Shown: one piece after another, positions 41,611-59,251 of the stretch
Numbering within the stretch: position 1 is the first letter of the stretch
How the letters are laid out: each line of letters starts with the position of its first letter
Source of the DNA: Paramecium tetraurelia
Taxonomy: Eukaryota
NCBI GenBank assembly: GCA_000165425.1
Contig: CT868418.1
Coordinates: 124,001-188,000, forward strand
Direction: 5' to 3'
DNA length: 64,000 nt
The notes under the pieces: generated by a model
Database searches by the model: none
What the model saw: the letters and a program-made list of their open reading frames with translations, nothing else
Told to the model about the DNA's origin: nothing
Program-made: the position numbers and the translations under genes

Positions 41611-42000
41611 TCAATAAGAGATTCTAAACCCACACTCTTTACACTTAGATTAGTAAAAGTAGTTTTGAGTTGCACAAACTCTACATTGTTTCATGAAATC
41701 GAAGTTTTTATTTACTGTTTCTTATTATGTGTATGACAAATTTTCTAGGAAAAGAGCCTGATGGAATGCAGTTTAATCTTGTGAGTTACTTTCTACACTG
41801 TCAGCAGTACTATGTCCACTACCTTTAAGATCAGGTTCTTCTAATTTTAATGTTTCTATAATGCTGGGTTATTCAAGAGGAATAAATTTAGTGCCTGGAG
41901 TATCCCTTGAAAAAGTGTGGCAACGATTGCAATACTTTCTGAAGGAATAGTTGAGGTTTTTGCATCCAATACATATCCAATCTAGAGGTTTATGTTACAT
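41611..42000 (-). CDS. RanBP2-type zinc-finger protein
   Basis: DWICIGCKNLNYSFRKYCNRC and a second finger CRVCATQNYFYQSKCKECG. Confidence 0.85.
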
Positions 42001-42050
42001 TTTTATTGAATGAATATATAATTTATTTATTTATTTAATGACAAAACAAT

Positions 42051-43850
42051 TCATTCACATGCAATTTTGTAGTCAAAACTGGTTAATGCAATTTAAAATG
42101 CCTGTAAAGGAGTAATAGGATATTAGAAATCTAAATTAAAAAGATCATCTCCAACTCTCCCAAATTGCAGTAAAATATTGTCCTCCTTATTATCGACTAT
42201 GAGTTGAAAATTTTTGACACTTGGCTTATCTACTCTTTAGTAGAAATTAAGAACAAAAGCCTTGTGTTTGCTATTCCATTAAGGGGGCCGATTGACATAT
42301 GTTGCAATATGATCTCTGTTGTTATTTTAAAATTCCTTCAGTATTCCATCCTTGGAATTAGTTGGCTTGAAAACATAAAGTTAATCTTCAGCATCCAAAT
42401 TCGGCATTAAAACCTTAATAAGAAGTATAAGATACCACCATTTTTCTTGGCCCTTTGGATCCTAGAATATTGCTTTCATATTAAACGATGCCAAGTTGTT
42501 ATCGAAGTTTAGATTGATCCTTTGTTTTATCAGGATTCAACCCTGCATCATATAAGACAAATTCAGTTCCCATAAAATTACTTCTGACTTTGCCGATAAA
42601 ATTATTCCCTTTTTCCAAATCCTCTCTTGACATAGATATTATATAATTGCTGGTGTTATTACAAGCCCTCTTCTTTGCACTCATCAAATACAAAAATCCA
42701 TTTGATAAGTGAAGATGATATTTTGGATAAAATCTGCTCATTCCACTTCTATCTCTCTTGATTGTACATTAGATCATCCCTCCTTTGGGAGCTGGGTTTA
42801 AAAGAAAATGCTTCTTTCCGTGGGGAAATTCAATGGAAGGGAGAGGCTTTGGATATGGACAAGTTTGTTTAGGTTATTCTTAATGAACTTATTGGATTTC
42901 TTGCTTACTCTGTTATTATTCTATAATTTCAGATGTATCATTAGTGAGATCCATTTAAACTTTGTCATGCTGCTGTTTCAATTCTTTCCTTATCTCTTAT
43001 TCTTTTTATTACTGAGACAACAATCCATCGTCATCCACATTCTCATCTTCATCTTGAACTATAATTTCTTATAACTCCTGATAATTATTATTATTTTATA
43101 TTATATTCTCCTCTTCTTAATTTGTCTATTTTTAAATTATCACCTCATCATCTTGAGCAATATTTTCTTTTGGTCTGGTTTCCTAATTTTCACTTTACAC
43201 AAATTATATTTTATGATTTTGCTTTGAGAGTTGAGGTAAAGAATCATCTTGGCTTAATTATTGTCCAGGCTCATAATATTGGTTATGATTATTTCCAATA
43301 ATAGCAAACTTAAATATTAATGGATACTTACTTTCTCAATTTCTAATTCGAAATCCTGACCATAGGTAGACTCATTTTGACCAAGTTTTTTTTTGTACTG
43401 TTTATTGTTCTATAATACACTTAGCTCTTAAAATTCTAATGTAGGCAGTGGTTTTGTATATTATTAAGGCTATAAATCATTTTATTGCTTTATACCTTTT
43501 GTTCCTCCTATTTATTTTGAGTATCTACTAATGGATTTGTATATTTTATTGTGTCTTCCTATTCTGGATCTGAATTAAATTAAACTAAACTTTCAACCAT
43601 TTCATCATTCTATTTGATTTCAATTTCTGCATATTTCTTTTGTATTTCTATCTCTTTCTGTAACTCTTAAATCGATTATTACTTATTAAATTCTACTCAA
43701 GGGCTTACTTTCTTATTTAGGCTCTTCTTTTGTTTTCGCTGAAAACTTTGTGACATTCGATCGACCTTTCGGTTATTATCTTTAACTAGATTAAGGATTT
43801 TGGTTGGCAGATTCTTAAGCATCTTCTATGAGTTAAGGATTAAGGAACAT
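42051..43850 (-). CDS. Tubby-like protein (start approximate)
   Basis: PAPKGGMIQCTIKRD, YPKY, SAKKR, GKVRSNFMGTEF, VKNFQL, QFGRV, TPLQAFQIALTSFDYKIACE. Confidence 0.93.
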
Positions 43851-43892
43851 ATTAGACTATATTAATTGATAATGTAAATATCAATTATTAAA

Positions 43893-44886
43893 TCAATCAG
43901 TAGCTCTAGATACGAAACATGACATAGCTATCTAAAAGGCCTGCAAAGGTGAGATCGGCCATTAGAAATCGAGATTGTATAATCCTTTTTCAATTTTCCC
44001 CAAAAGAAAAAATACTTTATTATTATCTTTTTGGCACAATTATAAATTCTTAGACGACGCTATCAAAGCTCTATTGTAAAATGGTAAAACAAACATCTTT
44101 GCTTCTGAACAATATTCTGCTTCTCTATTCTAAAATTCCTAAAAATTTTTTGGTTTACTCTCGAAAAATTGAAACTTTTGTTAGCGGTATTCAAACATCT
44201 AATTGCTTTAGGTTATTTCGGGTAAGTATACCTAATTTCCATAATTTAATTACTTTAATTTTATGGGGTTTCTTCAATCCATTTTTTTAATAATTAGCTC
44301 CTCCTATGCATAATCTATGCATACTAATTGTAGAACATTTTTTAGGATTTATCTTGTTATCCAAAAATATAAAATTTTAGCCATATTTATCCCATTTTAT
44401 TTTGCCAGCAAAGTAATTGATTCCAGTTGACTTAAAAATAATTTTCTTTTTTTATTTGATGTCTATTTATTCAGCAGTTAACATTGGGTATTCAAAAATA
44501 GACATTTCATATTTTGAATTTTACTTTGATGATCTAATTTTACGAATTTGACATTGTAATATACCCTCATTTAAAATTGGCTATAGAATAAACTAAATTT
44601 TATCAAATGGAATTCTTATTTGTTTTATTGGATTTGGGTAAGCAAGTTTATTGCTTTAACCTAAGTTCTCTGCGCTCTGTTTTTCAATTTCATTTTCAAA
44701 TACTGAGTATTGAACAGAGAATTAAACCTTCTCAGATTCTTCATTTTTATCCTAATTTTTCTTCACCTCTTTCAAAAGAGTTTCTTTATCATTTGACTCA
44801 AATTTTGAAAGAGTTACATAATCTTAAGACTAAATTTAATTGCTCTTTGATCCACTGAATATCTAAGGAATAATTGATTTATTCAT
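43893..44886 (-). CDS. divergent Tubby-domain protein
   Basis: GILQCQIRK, FVLPFYNRALIASSKNLQL, LGKI, LDFQWPISPLQAFQIAMSCF; one intron. Confidence 0.8.
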
Positions 44887-45321
44887 AATAAAATTATTTT
44901 AGTTTTTTAAGTATTAAAATGAATTTTATTGTGAAAAATTTTGAAAAAAAAACAGAATAATAAATTCTAATAGGCTTAATTTTCGATTTTGAATTTTGAA
45001 AGGAATTATTTACTTGTCATTTATAAATATATTCAGTTTTAAACAAAGAAAGATGGAAATTTATATTTATTGCCTCATAATGTGAGTCTGTTAATTAAAT
45101 TTGTAAATTGAATGCTATTTATCTAAGGAATTCTTGAGAATGGATTGTTATTGTAATTTTAAATAATAAAATTACAAGCGCTAAATATTGTTCTATATAA
45201 TATATTCTGATAATAGAAGTCTCAAGAGTTTGATAATATTATATATTTACTACCCTGAGCTTAGGTTGCTTTATATTTATGGATAAATGTTATAATTTAT
45301 TATAAAATAAAAATTATTGTT

Positions 45322-46180
45322 ATGAGCAAGATAAACAACTCTTATTTAGATTTTACAAAGTAATACAGGAATCTTAGAGAAAAACCAGTTTTAGAGGCTT
45401 ATGATCGAATTGATAATCCAACAACTAAATTTGATAATTTCTTGAAGACATCAACATTTTCTAAAAGACTTGAAAAACCTTCATAAAATCAATCAGAATT
45501 ATAATCAAAAAAGAGAGGACCTACAAAATCTGATTACTTTTTTATAGAACATAATCCAAGATTTAAAGAGGATTAAAATTGCAATTAAAAGATATTTGGA
45601 TAAAAGTAAACTCAATTTCATAGTGATATAATTGAAAATATCAGAAACGATTTTAAATAAAAAAATTATTCATTTCATTATCAACCTGATAAGTTAGATT
45701 ATTCTAAAGATTAAGGACTACCAATATAACCTAAAGAGAGAGTTAAAGAATTATAATTGGTTAAAAAGGAATAAGAATTGCATAGGTCTTTGAGGTAGGA
45801 TGCAAATTTCTTAAATAGAAAAAAAAGGATATTGGAAAATCTGCATAAGAGTGAAACCTTAACTCAAAATAAGCATAGAAACATAAGTTAATTTTTATAA
45901 ATTAATGTTAGGTTATGATAAATATCGTAATTAGAATGAAAGTCTTGAGTTCAACAATAGTAATACTATTATAGGAGATAAAATGAATTTATCTTTCCAT
46001 CTATCGAAAGATTGGAAATGCAAAAAAAGATCTGAAACTTCAAGACTTGATACTTTTGAAAGAATCTTAAGTCTATAGCCAACAAATATTAAAGTGAATA
46101 TAGAGAGAATGAATTATTTAAAGTTCAGAGAAAACTGCGGGAGGGATTACAAAATTGTAAATTTAACAAAAGATGAATGA
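45322..46180 (+). CDS. hypothetical basic protein
   Basis: Open frame MSKINNSYLDF... with one 25-nt intron; TGA 46178-46180. Confidence 0.65.
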
Positions 46181-46206
46181 TGATTTTTACTAAACGAAAA
46201 ATTTAT

Positions 46207-49631
<3,425 letters not shown>

Positions 49632-49704
49632 TTACTAATATATTTTATATTAATAAAATAAATTGTATTAAATTATTGGATATATTTTATATATTATGTA
49701 CCCA

Positions 49705-50272
49705 TCAATATGGTTTTACAAACCCTGTTGGGAATTCAGTAGCAGTCTTGAATTCCAACATCTCTGGGTATCTGTATCCCTTGTGATACAACTCTCTGCT
49801 TAACACTTACCACAATCCAGGTTTCATCACAGATAATTATGTTCTTAATTGATTAATAATTTTATACCTAATGTACTAACCATCAACAGTTGGATCTGCA
49901 ATGATCTTAGTAAACAATTTATTCGGAATTGGAGAAGTATAAGCCTTCCATAACACCAACATATGAACAGATGCAAGGATTGGCCCATAAGCCTTATTGG
50001 CTCCTTTTCTATTGGCTCCTGCAAACAACCATTGTGTTCCTATAAGGGAGAATGGCAAAAAGGCCAAAGGTGCAGAAACAACGATATCATTCAATACTTG
50101 ACTGCAGTTTTTGAAATTGAACAACATCTAGGGATTTTAGATAGCCATTCCTTACTTCTCTACTTAAATATTAATCCAAAAGGACTTCCATCACTTCATA
50201 GTATGATTCAATGCTCATTGCAATGTCTGATCTTGTGCCACCAACATATGAATAGAAGTTGTTCTTGAACAT
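49705..50272 (-). CDS. small membrane protein with two hydrophobic segments
   Basis: MFKNNFYSYVGG...; two introns; ends ...PTGFVKPY-TGA. Confidence 0.7.
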
Positions 50273-50606
50273 TACTTTATTTTTATTTTATTAATCTCAT
50301 TTATATGTCTATTATAAATCTCTTTTTGAGAGCTTATTTTGGTTTTTTTAAAATAAACTGTCTTTCTACTCCAATCTATTAAATCTGACTCTATATCTCT
50401 ATCAAAAGTAAATTGATACATTGAAATATGATTATTTGCTTAAATAATATGCAGATTTAATGAAGAAATACCTCAAATTTATAGGGCCATTCCTAATAGT
50501 TGTTTAGGTTATCATAAAATGGTTAGACTATTTATTATAATATTCTAAGAGGACTTTTAAAAACATTATGATTATATTTTATATTAATGTAGACAGATAC
50601 ATAGTA

Positions 50607-51289
50607 TCAATATTTAACATTTTTTACTTGCTTTGTAATAATTTAAGACAGTTTTACTAACTCTTAAACATAATTAGCTGATAGTTGATGAACTTCTGAT
50701 TAAGTACTGTGATCAACTTTACTTCGTAGTTCTATCAATTCTTTTAAGGATAATTTATCCTAAAGAGTTTTTCCAGAGCCTTTATTAAAAACAGGTTTTT
50801 CTGTGATGGTGCTTGAGAACGTGGTTCTCTTTGGTTAAGCCTTTGTTGATTAATATAGGGGCTAGTTACTAATAAATCTATATTTATAATAGCATTACGG
50901 TTGAATTAATTTGGTTAGCTAATTAATTTCATTGTTTCCAAGACTCCCTATTTTATTTTATAACCCACTCATCTTTCTAGATGAATCATTTATACCTTTT
51001 TTTTGATTTGATCCATTTTGTATTTATGTAAACCCATTGCCATTATTCATCGATTTAAGCAATTCATCAAATGAAGGAGCACTATTAATAAATATGTTAC
51101 CCACCTTTTTCTATGTTGAATATCAGTATAGAGAGAAGATTTGGAGGATTTCTTAACAGAACTATCCTCTTTGCGGTTGCTACTTACTTTTAGGGTACTG
51201 GGACTGGACATTCTAAGATACAAAGAATCACGAAATTTATTCAAATTGAAGTCTTGCTCATTCCCTAATGATTCTTTCTAAGTCAACAT
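50607..51289 (-). CDS. hypothetical protein
   Basis: ATG 51289, about three short introns, helical C-terminus ending at TGA 50607-50609. Confidence 0.55.
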
Positions 51290-51362
51290 TAACGATATAA
51301 TAAAAATTTAATAATTTTATATAAAACATTTAATCAATCTAAACTTTTTTATATCATATTAA

Positions 51363-53298
51363 TCACTTATTGACCAATAATTGTAGTGCGTCTATATTAA
51401 TATAATATATTACTTTAAATAATATTCCCAATATGTTATTTTATTAGTGTTCAATAGATCCAATTCCTAAAAGTATTATCTAGCAATGGTTTTGTTACAC
51501 TACTAACACAATTCTTATTCATCAAAGTACCCCTTGTTGCTTTTATCAATTTTCTCATAAATCTATCTATCTTATTTAGGACAAACAGTATCTAAAAATT
51601 ACCCCATCTCATTAACATCTACAAATCCATCTCTTTGTACATCCACCTAATAGAACATCTCATCTAATTCCTCTTAAGAAGGATCATGAAGCAATTACTA
51701 AAACACAACCTCCATCTTGAATCTAAAAAATGCCTTGCTTATCTTCTATAAAGTTGATTCAGGAAAAATCTCATCAAATATCTATTCTGCAGTTAATTGC
51801 GATAATAAGCAATATTTTCCTTTTTTAGTAGTTTCAACATCCTGACACACCATACTTTGACAAGGTACAATGAAATTAAGGCTTCTACTGTCAGCAAATG
51901 ATTCAATAGTTTTCTGAGTTTAACAAGTAGCCCTGCATTATTTCAAAAAGTCAGGTGCAGTAAATAGATCTGCATATTTTTTCATGATGTCATCTTCTGT
52001 TATTACAGGTTTATATTAGTCCTCATCATTAGTAGCTACAAATTATTATGTTTATTATCTTTCATTTTAAGTATTTTAAAATTAAACATATTCATCTTCT
52101 TCATATTTGTCTAATATTTAAGATTAATAAATGTTTTCATTTTAATGTTCAAACTTCTACTTGATTATTTGTTGATTGTGTGTTTCTTGTTTTCCTTATT
52201 TAGAATTTAATACATCAGAATTGTATTTTCCAATACTAATACCTTAAACATCTTGAGATCTTTAAAGATCAGTTCCCATTTCTTGACTTGAACCTTCTAA
52301 TTATTATTCTTTTTTAGATTAGGTTGACAATTTAATTTCTATTATTTCAGTATTATGATGTTGATGAATTCCAATATCTTTGGGCATTTACATATAAGAA
52401 TACTATCTTCTATGATGATTCTATTATTATATATTGTCTTCTTCTTTTTCTTTTTCTTTTTCTTTTTCTTTTTCTTTCTCTTTTTCTTTCTCTTTCTCTT
52501 TCTCTTTTTCTTTCTCCTTATCTTTATCAGGTTCTACAAACATCCATGTTTAATCTTTTGTAAACTGCAATTCACAATAAAATAACATACATTTTAAAAA
52601 CTAGCCAGAACGATATCATCTCTCTTTTTTGTATACTCTTATTAATCGAATAATTTTTAAAAGTTCTCTCCCTATGTATATTGCTTCAGTTTTTGTTCAA
52701 ATTACTCCAATTATTATCTTTGTTATTCAATTTTATGTGGAGAAACACTTAAAATAATTAAGATAACTATTTACAATTCAAATTCTGGAGAATTGGGACT
52801 GTTTTATTTTATATCTTCATTGAATCTTGGAGAGTTTTCTTATTTAGGAATTATTGACTATTTAGTTTATCTGCTTAAAGATCTTTTAGGTGGACTTACA
52901 AAATTTCTATTTTTTTAAATACTTGCAGTTTATCTTGAAGGAGTTCGCGAGGTTTTGGATTGAGAAATATTTACTTAGTTTTCTTTTGATGTTCTAGTAT
53001 TAAATTATATCTGAGTTTATTATTATTATTTGCCTTTGACTTTATTCAAAAGTTTTCTTAACTCTTATTATAACAACCTTAGATCTACATTATTGAATGA
53101 TTATTCATACCATTCTTCTTCTTATACGTTGTAACTAATGAAATTATTTCTGAATTACTGTCCTTGATCATCTATCTGAGAGTCAACCTATCATCCTTCA
53201 TAATTTCTAAATTCAAACAATATCATACATGCACATCTATCTATAATAGCCAGCAATTCAGCATTATCATGTTTAATGCGATTTTGAATCCTGAGCAT
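51363..53298 (-). CDS. EF-hand-containing protein with EK repeat
   Basis: VDVQRDGFVDVNEM and IDKSNKGYFDEQE EF-hand-like loops; EK tract; short introns. Confidence 0.7.
52444..52516. repeat. hexamer microsatellite (TTTTTC/TTTCTC)n encoding EKEKEK on the minus strand
   Basis: Direct inspection of the sequence. Confidence 0.9.
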
Positions 53299-53936
53299 TC
53301 TAAATTATTCAATTTTTCTGTTATTAATTATAATATTAAATATATATGATTAATATTAATTACTCATCTAATTAACAACATTTTTTAACAAATTTCTCAT
53401 TTCAACTCTTCATCTCCATTCACTTCAATGTTTGATACAAGTTTATATTAAAATTATCTAAATGACCTTATTTAAGATTATTCAAAATATTTAATATATA
53501 TATTCTAAAAGATATTTTGAATTATCCATTCATTAATAATAACATATATTTTAAGTATACTGTAATGGTTTTAATATATATATTGTATTTAATCCTTCCT
53601 GGCCATATTAAGCTAATTACATTATTATGAAAATATCTTAAGAGTAGATATCAATGTATGGAGGATAGTTTTGATTGCTGAGATATTCGAGCAACTAATT
53701 TAGATAATTAAATATGAAAAGATTAATGTGATCTTTTTTTAATTATCTCACTTAATAAGTTAATCATAAACAACAATTTATTCAATTTTCATATATTAAA
53801 TTAGAAATCATTTTTATTATAAGTCAAGTATATAAATGAAAAGGGAATTTTTCAATTAAGGTATTTTCATAAATGTAATTTTGGAATTCATATCCAAATA
53901 ATGTTATGTTAATAATTATTTAATAAAATATCTAAA

Positions 53937-56358
53937 ATGAGTTCAGATTCGCTAATTTAAGAAGCCCTTTCTTAATTTATTATGCTACGAAGCCCTTAAG
54001 AATTACTACATGAATTTAAGACCTAGGCTTTGAATTTAGAATAGATCAGATAACTAGTGTAAGTTTTCGATCCAAATATCCCTAACGAGGACATAAAGTA
54101 CTTTTATCTGAAGATGATTACCAAATTCAAAAGTCCTGCTGGAATAACATAAGATATCTATTAATAAATAGTGGATGATGAAGAATTTACATTGAGAGCT
54201 GGATCATCGAATTCTTATGAATCTTTACCCCTGTTAAAGAATATCATCAGGGGAGTGAGAGAGAAGAAGGTACCCATATAGAGATTGTATAATTTCTATG
54301 ACAAAAATAAGGACAAAGAACTTTAAGACCCCGAATTCAGAAATTTATTAGAATTCTTTTACGTGGCAATTACAGATGCGCAATTCAAAAAGCTCAGAGA
54401 GGAATTTCCTGATCATCCACTTAGTGAGAGTGTAATCATCAGTCTCTTTGAAAAATGGTAAGAAATTGTATTCGAAAATACCCAAGGTGATCCATAAATA
54501 ATTTTGGAGGCTCCAGCAAGTATAAATATTAATTGAATTTTAGAAACATAAAATTTCTTGACTATTCCCAAACCATAATAAACAATTAGTTTAGAATTGA
54601 CAAGGGAAGAGGATGAAAGATTTAAAGATTTTATGGGAGTTGATTTTAAGATTCCAGGAGTTAAAGAATTGGCCGATCTCTAAAAGAGATGCTAATAAAC
54701 TTAAGAAGTATTTACAGATCCTGATTTTCCCCCAAATGTAACAAGTTTGGGACCAAAATTCAGTGCCAATAGTTGGAAACGTTTATAAGAGCTTTTTTAA
54801 GGAGAGCAGAAAGTTTTTTCAATAGATACTCAACATGATAAAAGTGGTGCTGGCTTAAATAAATGGATATCCCATAGAGATATTTGTCAAGGTGATTTAG
54901 GAGACTGCTATTTTATGTCAACCTTAAGCTCAATAGCCTGCAAATGGTATTTATATAATCAATAATTTAGGCCTGATCAAATTAAGGATCTGTTCCCTAT
55001 TTAGAGAGCTAACAAATTTGGTGTTTATGGTGTTAAGATGTGCATTAACGGAGAGTGGAAGGTCATCCCTATTGATGATAATATACCAGTCAAAAACGGT
55101 AAAATTGCCTTTACCAAAAATGCTGATAAAGAGATTTGGGTGTCATTGCTAGAAAAGTCATGGGCAAAAGTAAATGGATCCTATACCAATATTGATGCCG
55201 GAGATCCCAGAGAAGTTATCAAAACAATCACAGGAGGTCCAGTTTGGCTATTACTAACAAATAAACCAAGTTTCAAAGAAAATTTCATTACTTGTGTTAA
55301 ACAAAAATGTGTTATGGTGACTGGTACATATAGTAAAAATGCCGACTACTCTGCTATTGGATTAGAACCAGGACATGCATACTCTATCTTAAATGTTAAG
55401 ACTGTAAATCATCCTTAAAGAGGACAAGTTCATTTACTTAAGATAAGAAATCCATGGGCTCGTAAAGAATGGAAGGGTGATTGGGGTGACGATTCAGATT
55501 TGTGGACACCTGAATTGAGAGAGCAAGCTGGAAATACAGGAACAGAAAATGATGGAATCTTTTTTATGTCATTGGATGATTATACTAAATACTTCTTTTC
55601 AGTGTTCTGTGGATATTTCAAAACAGATTACATTTATAACTCTATGAGATTCAACGTTAGAAGAAACAAAGGAGTGTATTTTGAATTCGAAATTAAAAAA
55701 GAAGGAGAATACTTCTTTGCCATTCATTAGGAATCTACTAGATAATATAGATCTCAACCTGAATTGAAATATGAATATTCTTATGTTAGACTATTGTTAG
55801 CAAAGGAATTACAAAATGGATATGAGTACAGAGAGGGAAAATTCTATAAAGACATAGAAACACATGTTGGCAGAGTAGGTGAGAATTTCACTCCTGGTAA
55901 ATACATTTTATACATCAAAATCAAGTGGCATGTACCATCTTGGAATGAACATTCAGTTGTGTTGAGCACTTATGGAGAACAATATGTGTAATTGAAGGAA
56001 GTTCCCAGGGATCCAAATCTTGTTTCTTAGACAATGATGCATCAAGTCAGATCCAACAATAAGGTGGAAGAAGTATTGCCAGGAATCACTATGAAGATGG
56101 ATAACAATGGAAATCTAGGGTTATTTATTGTTTACTATTTTTAGAATTGGTTACATCTATTATAAGAATGAATCCAATCAATAAGTGAACTTTGAAACCA
56201 ACTTAGTGAACAAGGGAGGTTGTAAATTAACCAAACCTGAAAGAGGTTATTATTTCAAGAGTTTTATTCCTCCTTAAGGTGAAAGATTAGTTACTTTTAC
56301 AATCACACCTCCAATAACTGAGTTGTCCATGCCCACATTAAGTCATAAATTATTATGA
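53937..56358 (+). CDS. calpain-family cysteine protease with N-terminal EF-hand
   Basis: YDKNQDKELQDPEF; FTDPDFPP; QGDLGDCYF (Cys), GHAYS (His), RNPW (Asn); domain III-like C-terminus. Confidence 0.92.
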
Positions 56359-56591
56359 TTATTATTATATTTCATCATCATCAAAAATCATGGTTTTTGG
56401 TTCGTTTATTAAATTGATTAACTGAATAAATTAACTTAACAATTTATCCAAAATAAGTCATATGCTGTAATAATATATGATCAGATTTCAAATTAATTAG
56501 TAATCTATATTAAATAACAAATTTTAAATTGTGATTTTATCAAATTTGAAATTTAATAAATATATTTTTAAATATAAAATATCACTCAACT

Positions 56592-56839
56592 ATGGACTGC
56601 AATTAACAATTTTTTCAGACCAGACTAAGCTTTACTCCATCCTCTCCCTTAAAAACAAGGTATAAACTTAATATCATTCTAGACCTCTGCCAAGTCCTTC
56701 GTTAGAGAGTCTTGAAGAATTCAATTTAAATGACGTATAATCGGATTCAGAAAGCTCAAGAAAATCATCTGGTTAAAAGTTTGATAAGCAGGTGTTAGTG
56801 ATCGAATATTTGATCGAAAAACTAAGGGACTTTGAATGA
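56592..56839 (+). CDS. small Ser/Pro-rich hypothetical protein (74 aa)
   Basis: Removing a 23-nt intron gives a clean frame ending IEYLIEKLRDFE-TGA. Confidence 0.6.
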
Positions 56840-56929
56840 GAACCTCAACATAATTACTAAAGTTAAATAAAAAACGAGAGAAAAAAAATAGCTAATAATT
56901 GTATTAAAATCATTTTTTTTCAATCGTTT

Positions 56930-58350
56930 CTCATCATATTACAAATAAATTAAGACTCCTTCTCTTTTTCACAAGGGTTGGCTTCTCCTATTTGAGTAAC
57001 AAGGGTAATTATAAATGTTCCTACTATTATTATTACTATTTCTATTATATATTATATAATGATGGCTTGAACCTCTTCGGCTAAGGAAATATATTGAAAT
57101 CAATTTTGATGTTGTGACATTTTGGAAGTTCAAAATTTGAACGGTTACTTGGCGGGTGAGATGAACTTTATGATTTTGTTTGAGATAATTATCTAAATTA
57201 TCTCACCCTTAAATCCTCCTGATAAATTGTCGATCCAGATAGATATTTAATATTTAAATTCATTCAATATTCATTTTATTAGATAAAAATTATTTCTTCC
57301 GTTGAACATATGAATTAATCTTTTTACATATCGGTAGTTTAAATATCGAATGTATCTGTTCCTTTTTGTTTTCATTCCATTTCTTTTCCACCTCAGGATC
57401 CAGAAATGCTAGTTAAATTAATAAATTACATTTCGATTACACCTCTATCACCATCTACTTTGATTGCTCAATATCATTCGCCGTTGGGAATGGCTCTAAT
57501 TTGCAATTCTCTAATTATCGTTTTATTCTCTCCAAAATTTGTTCTAAAATTTAAACATGCTATATTTATAATAACAAAGAACATACTTTTTTTCTCAATT
57601 CATCCAATTATGAATCTATTAAAAGTCCTTATTCACAGCCATATTTTTTACATCTCTTCAGCTAAAACAAATGGATATCATTCAATGAATATTATTAATT
57701 GCAGATGCTACAATACTTACTAGTTTAGTTTTTTTCTTATTTTTCAACTTCCTTCTTTTCTTATTAACACTTCTCTTCCAAAATTTTACATTATCTTTCC
57801 AAACAATCTACAAATTCATTGTTTATTTGCATATTTTAAAAATGATTGTCTCTTTAGAAATTGTTCTGTTTTCTTTCATCCAACCTTACAATGCCAAAAT
57901 TTTATAAATTCCTATAATATAGTCATTCTTATATATACATTGCTGCTTGTCGCATGTCAGCTAATCCCATTCTATCATATTCTTTAATCACAGCTTAAAG
58001 ATCAGAATCTGACATTATCCATTTTCTTTTTTATAAGTAGATCATCAATACTACATAATCATTATCATCCATAAACGCTTCGCACCAAGTTAAAGCTAAT
58101 TCTCCAAAAGGACCCCAAATTTTTATATTTTCTTCAAACATTAAACAATTATTTATAATAATTATAAAAGAACTTTCTCTAAGTACTTTACCAATCTCAA
58201 CAACAATTTTTGTGAAACACTCCTTTATATTAATATTTATAGTAATTTAAGAATACTGTAAATTACATACAATTTGATTTTAAGTTAAGTCTAACTATTA
58301 ATTTATATAGGCTTTTATCGTTTTGAATTATAATTCTATATAGTTTAAAT
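56930..58350 (-). pseudogene. probable decayed gene of unknown family
   Basis: Coding-like patches (SDLQAVIKEYDRMGLADMRQAAM; FLDPEVEKKWNENKKEQ) in changing frames with TGA stops. Confidence 0.35.
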
Positions 58351-58652
58351 TCATGCTTAGTTTAGCATTATTCTTATTGATATTTTAATTCTTTTAAATT
58401 TTCTTATTTGAGGTCGTTCAAATTATTATTTATATTGTAGTTGATCTTAATAGTACTTTTGTCAAACAATTGTCTATAATATATTATTAATCCTTATTAT
58501 AATTTGGCAATTACTATACAGGTTCTCATCTCAGTAATTAGGCTGATCCGATGAATATTTATGACTTTTTTATTTTATGAAGAGAAATATATTAAAGATA
58601 TATGATTTTAATTCAAGAATCAAATTTTAAGAATTTCATAATATAAATAATC

Positions 58653-59251
58653 ATGAAAATCATTATTCTTTGTTTATTGTCTTTTAGTGTTTTATCTCAA
58701 TTATCAAAGTAGACAGTCACACATAAAATCAAGATTGGAGTAACAATTGATGGCAAGAATGAAGGAGAAATTACTTTGGGTTTGTTTGGAAAAGTTGTAC
58801 CTAAGACTGTAGAAAATTTCAGAGCTTTGTGCACAGGTGAAAAGAACGGCAAGGGCTATGCAGGATCACCATTCCATAGAATTATCCCAAATTTCATGAT
58901 CTAAGGAGGTGATTTTACAAATGGTAATGGTACTGGTGGAGAATCAATCTATGGAAACAAATTCAATGATGAAAATTTTAATTTGAAACATGAAATCGGA
59001 TGTATTTCAATGGCAAACGCAGGACCAAATACCAATGGAAGTCAATTCTTTATTACAACTGCTGATACTCATTGGGTATAAACTTTTATATATTCTTTTA
59101 GTTAAATGGAAAACACGTTGTTTTTGGAAGAGTCATAGAAAATATGGAATTAGTAAAAAAGATTGAAGGTTAAGGATCATAAAGTGGATAGCCTAAATCT
59201 AAAGTCGTATTTGCCACTTGCAGTGCAGAAGTTGTTTCAGACGAATTATGA
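58653..59251 (+). CDS. ER cyclophilin (cyclophilin B-like PPIase)
   Basis: Signal peptide; [54 protein letters not shown]-terminal SDEL; one intron. Confidence 0.95.

Noticed and set aside
52355..52585. Plus-strand poly-Phe ORF in the ORF track
   Set aside because: Antisense shadow of the EK repeat in the minus-strand EF-hand gene
56930..58350. In-frame TGA as selenocysteine or programmed frameshifting
   Set aside because: Multiple frame changes, no redox motif and no SECIS recognised; decay is the simpler explanation
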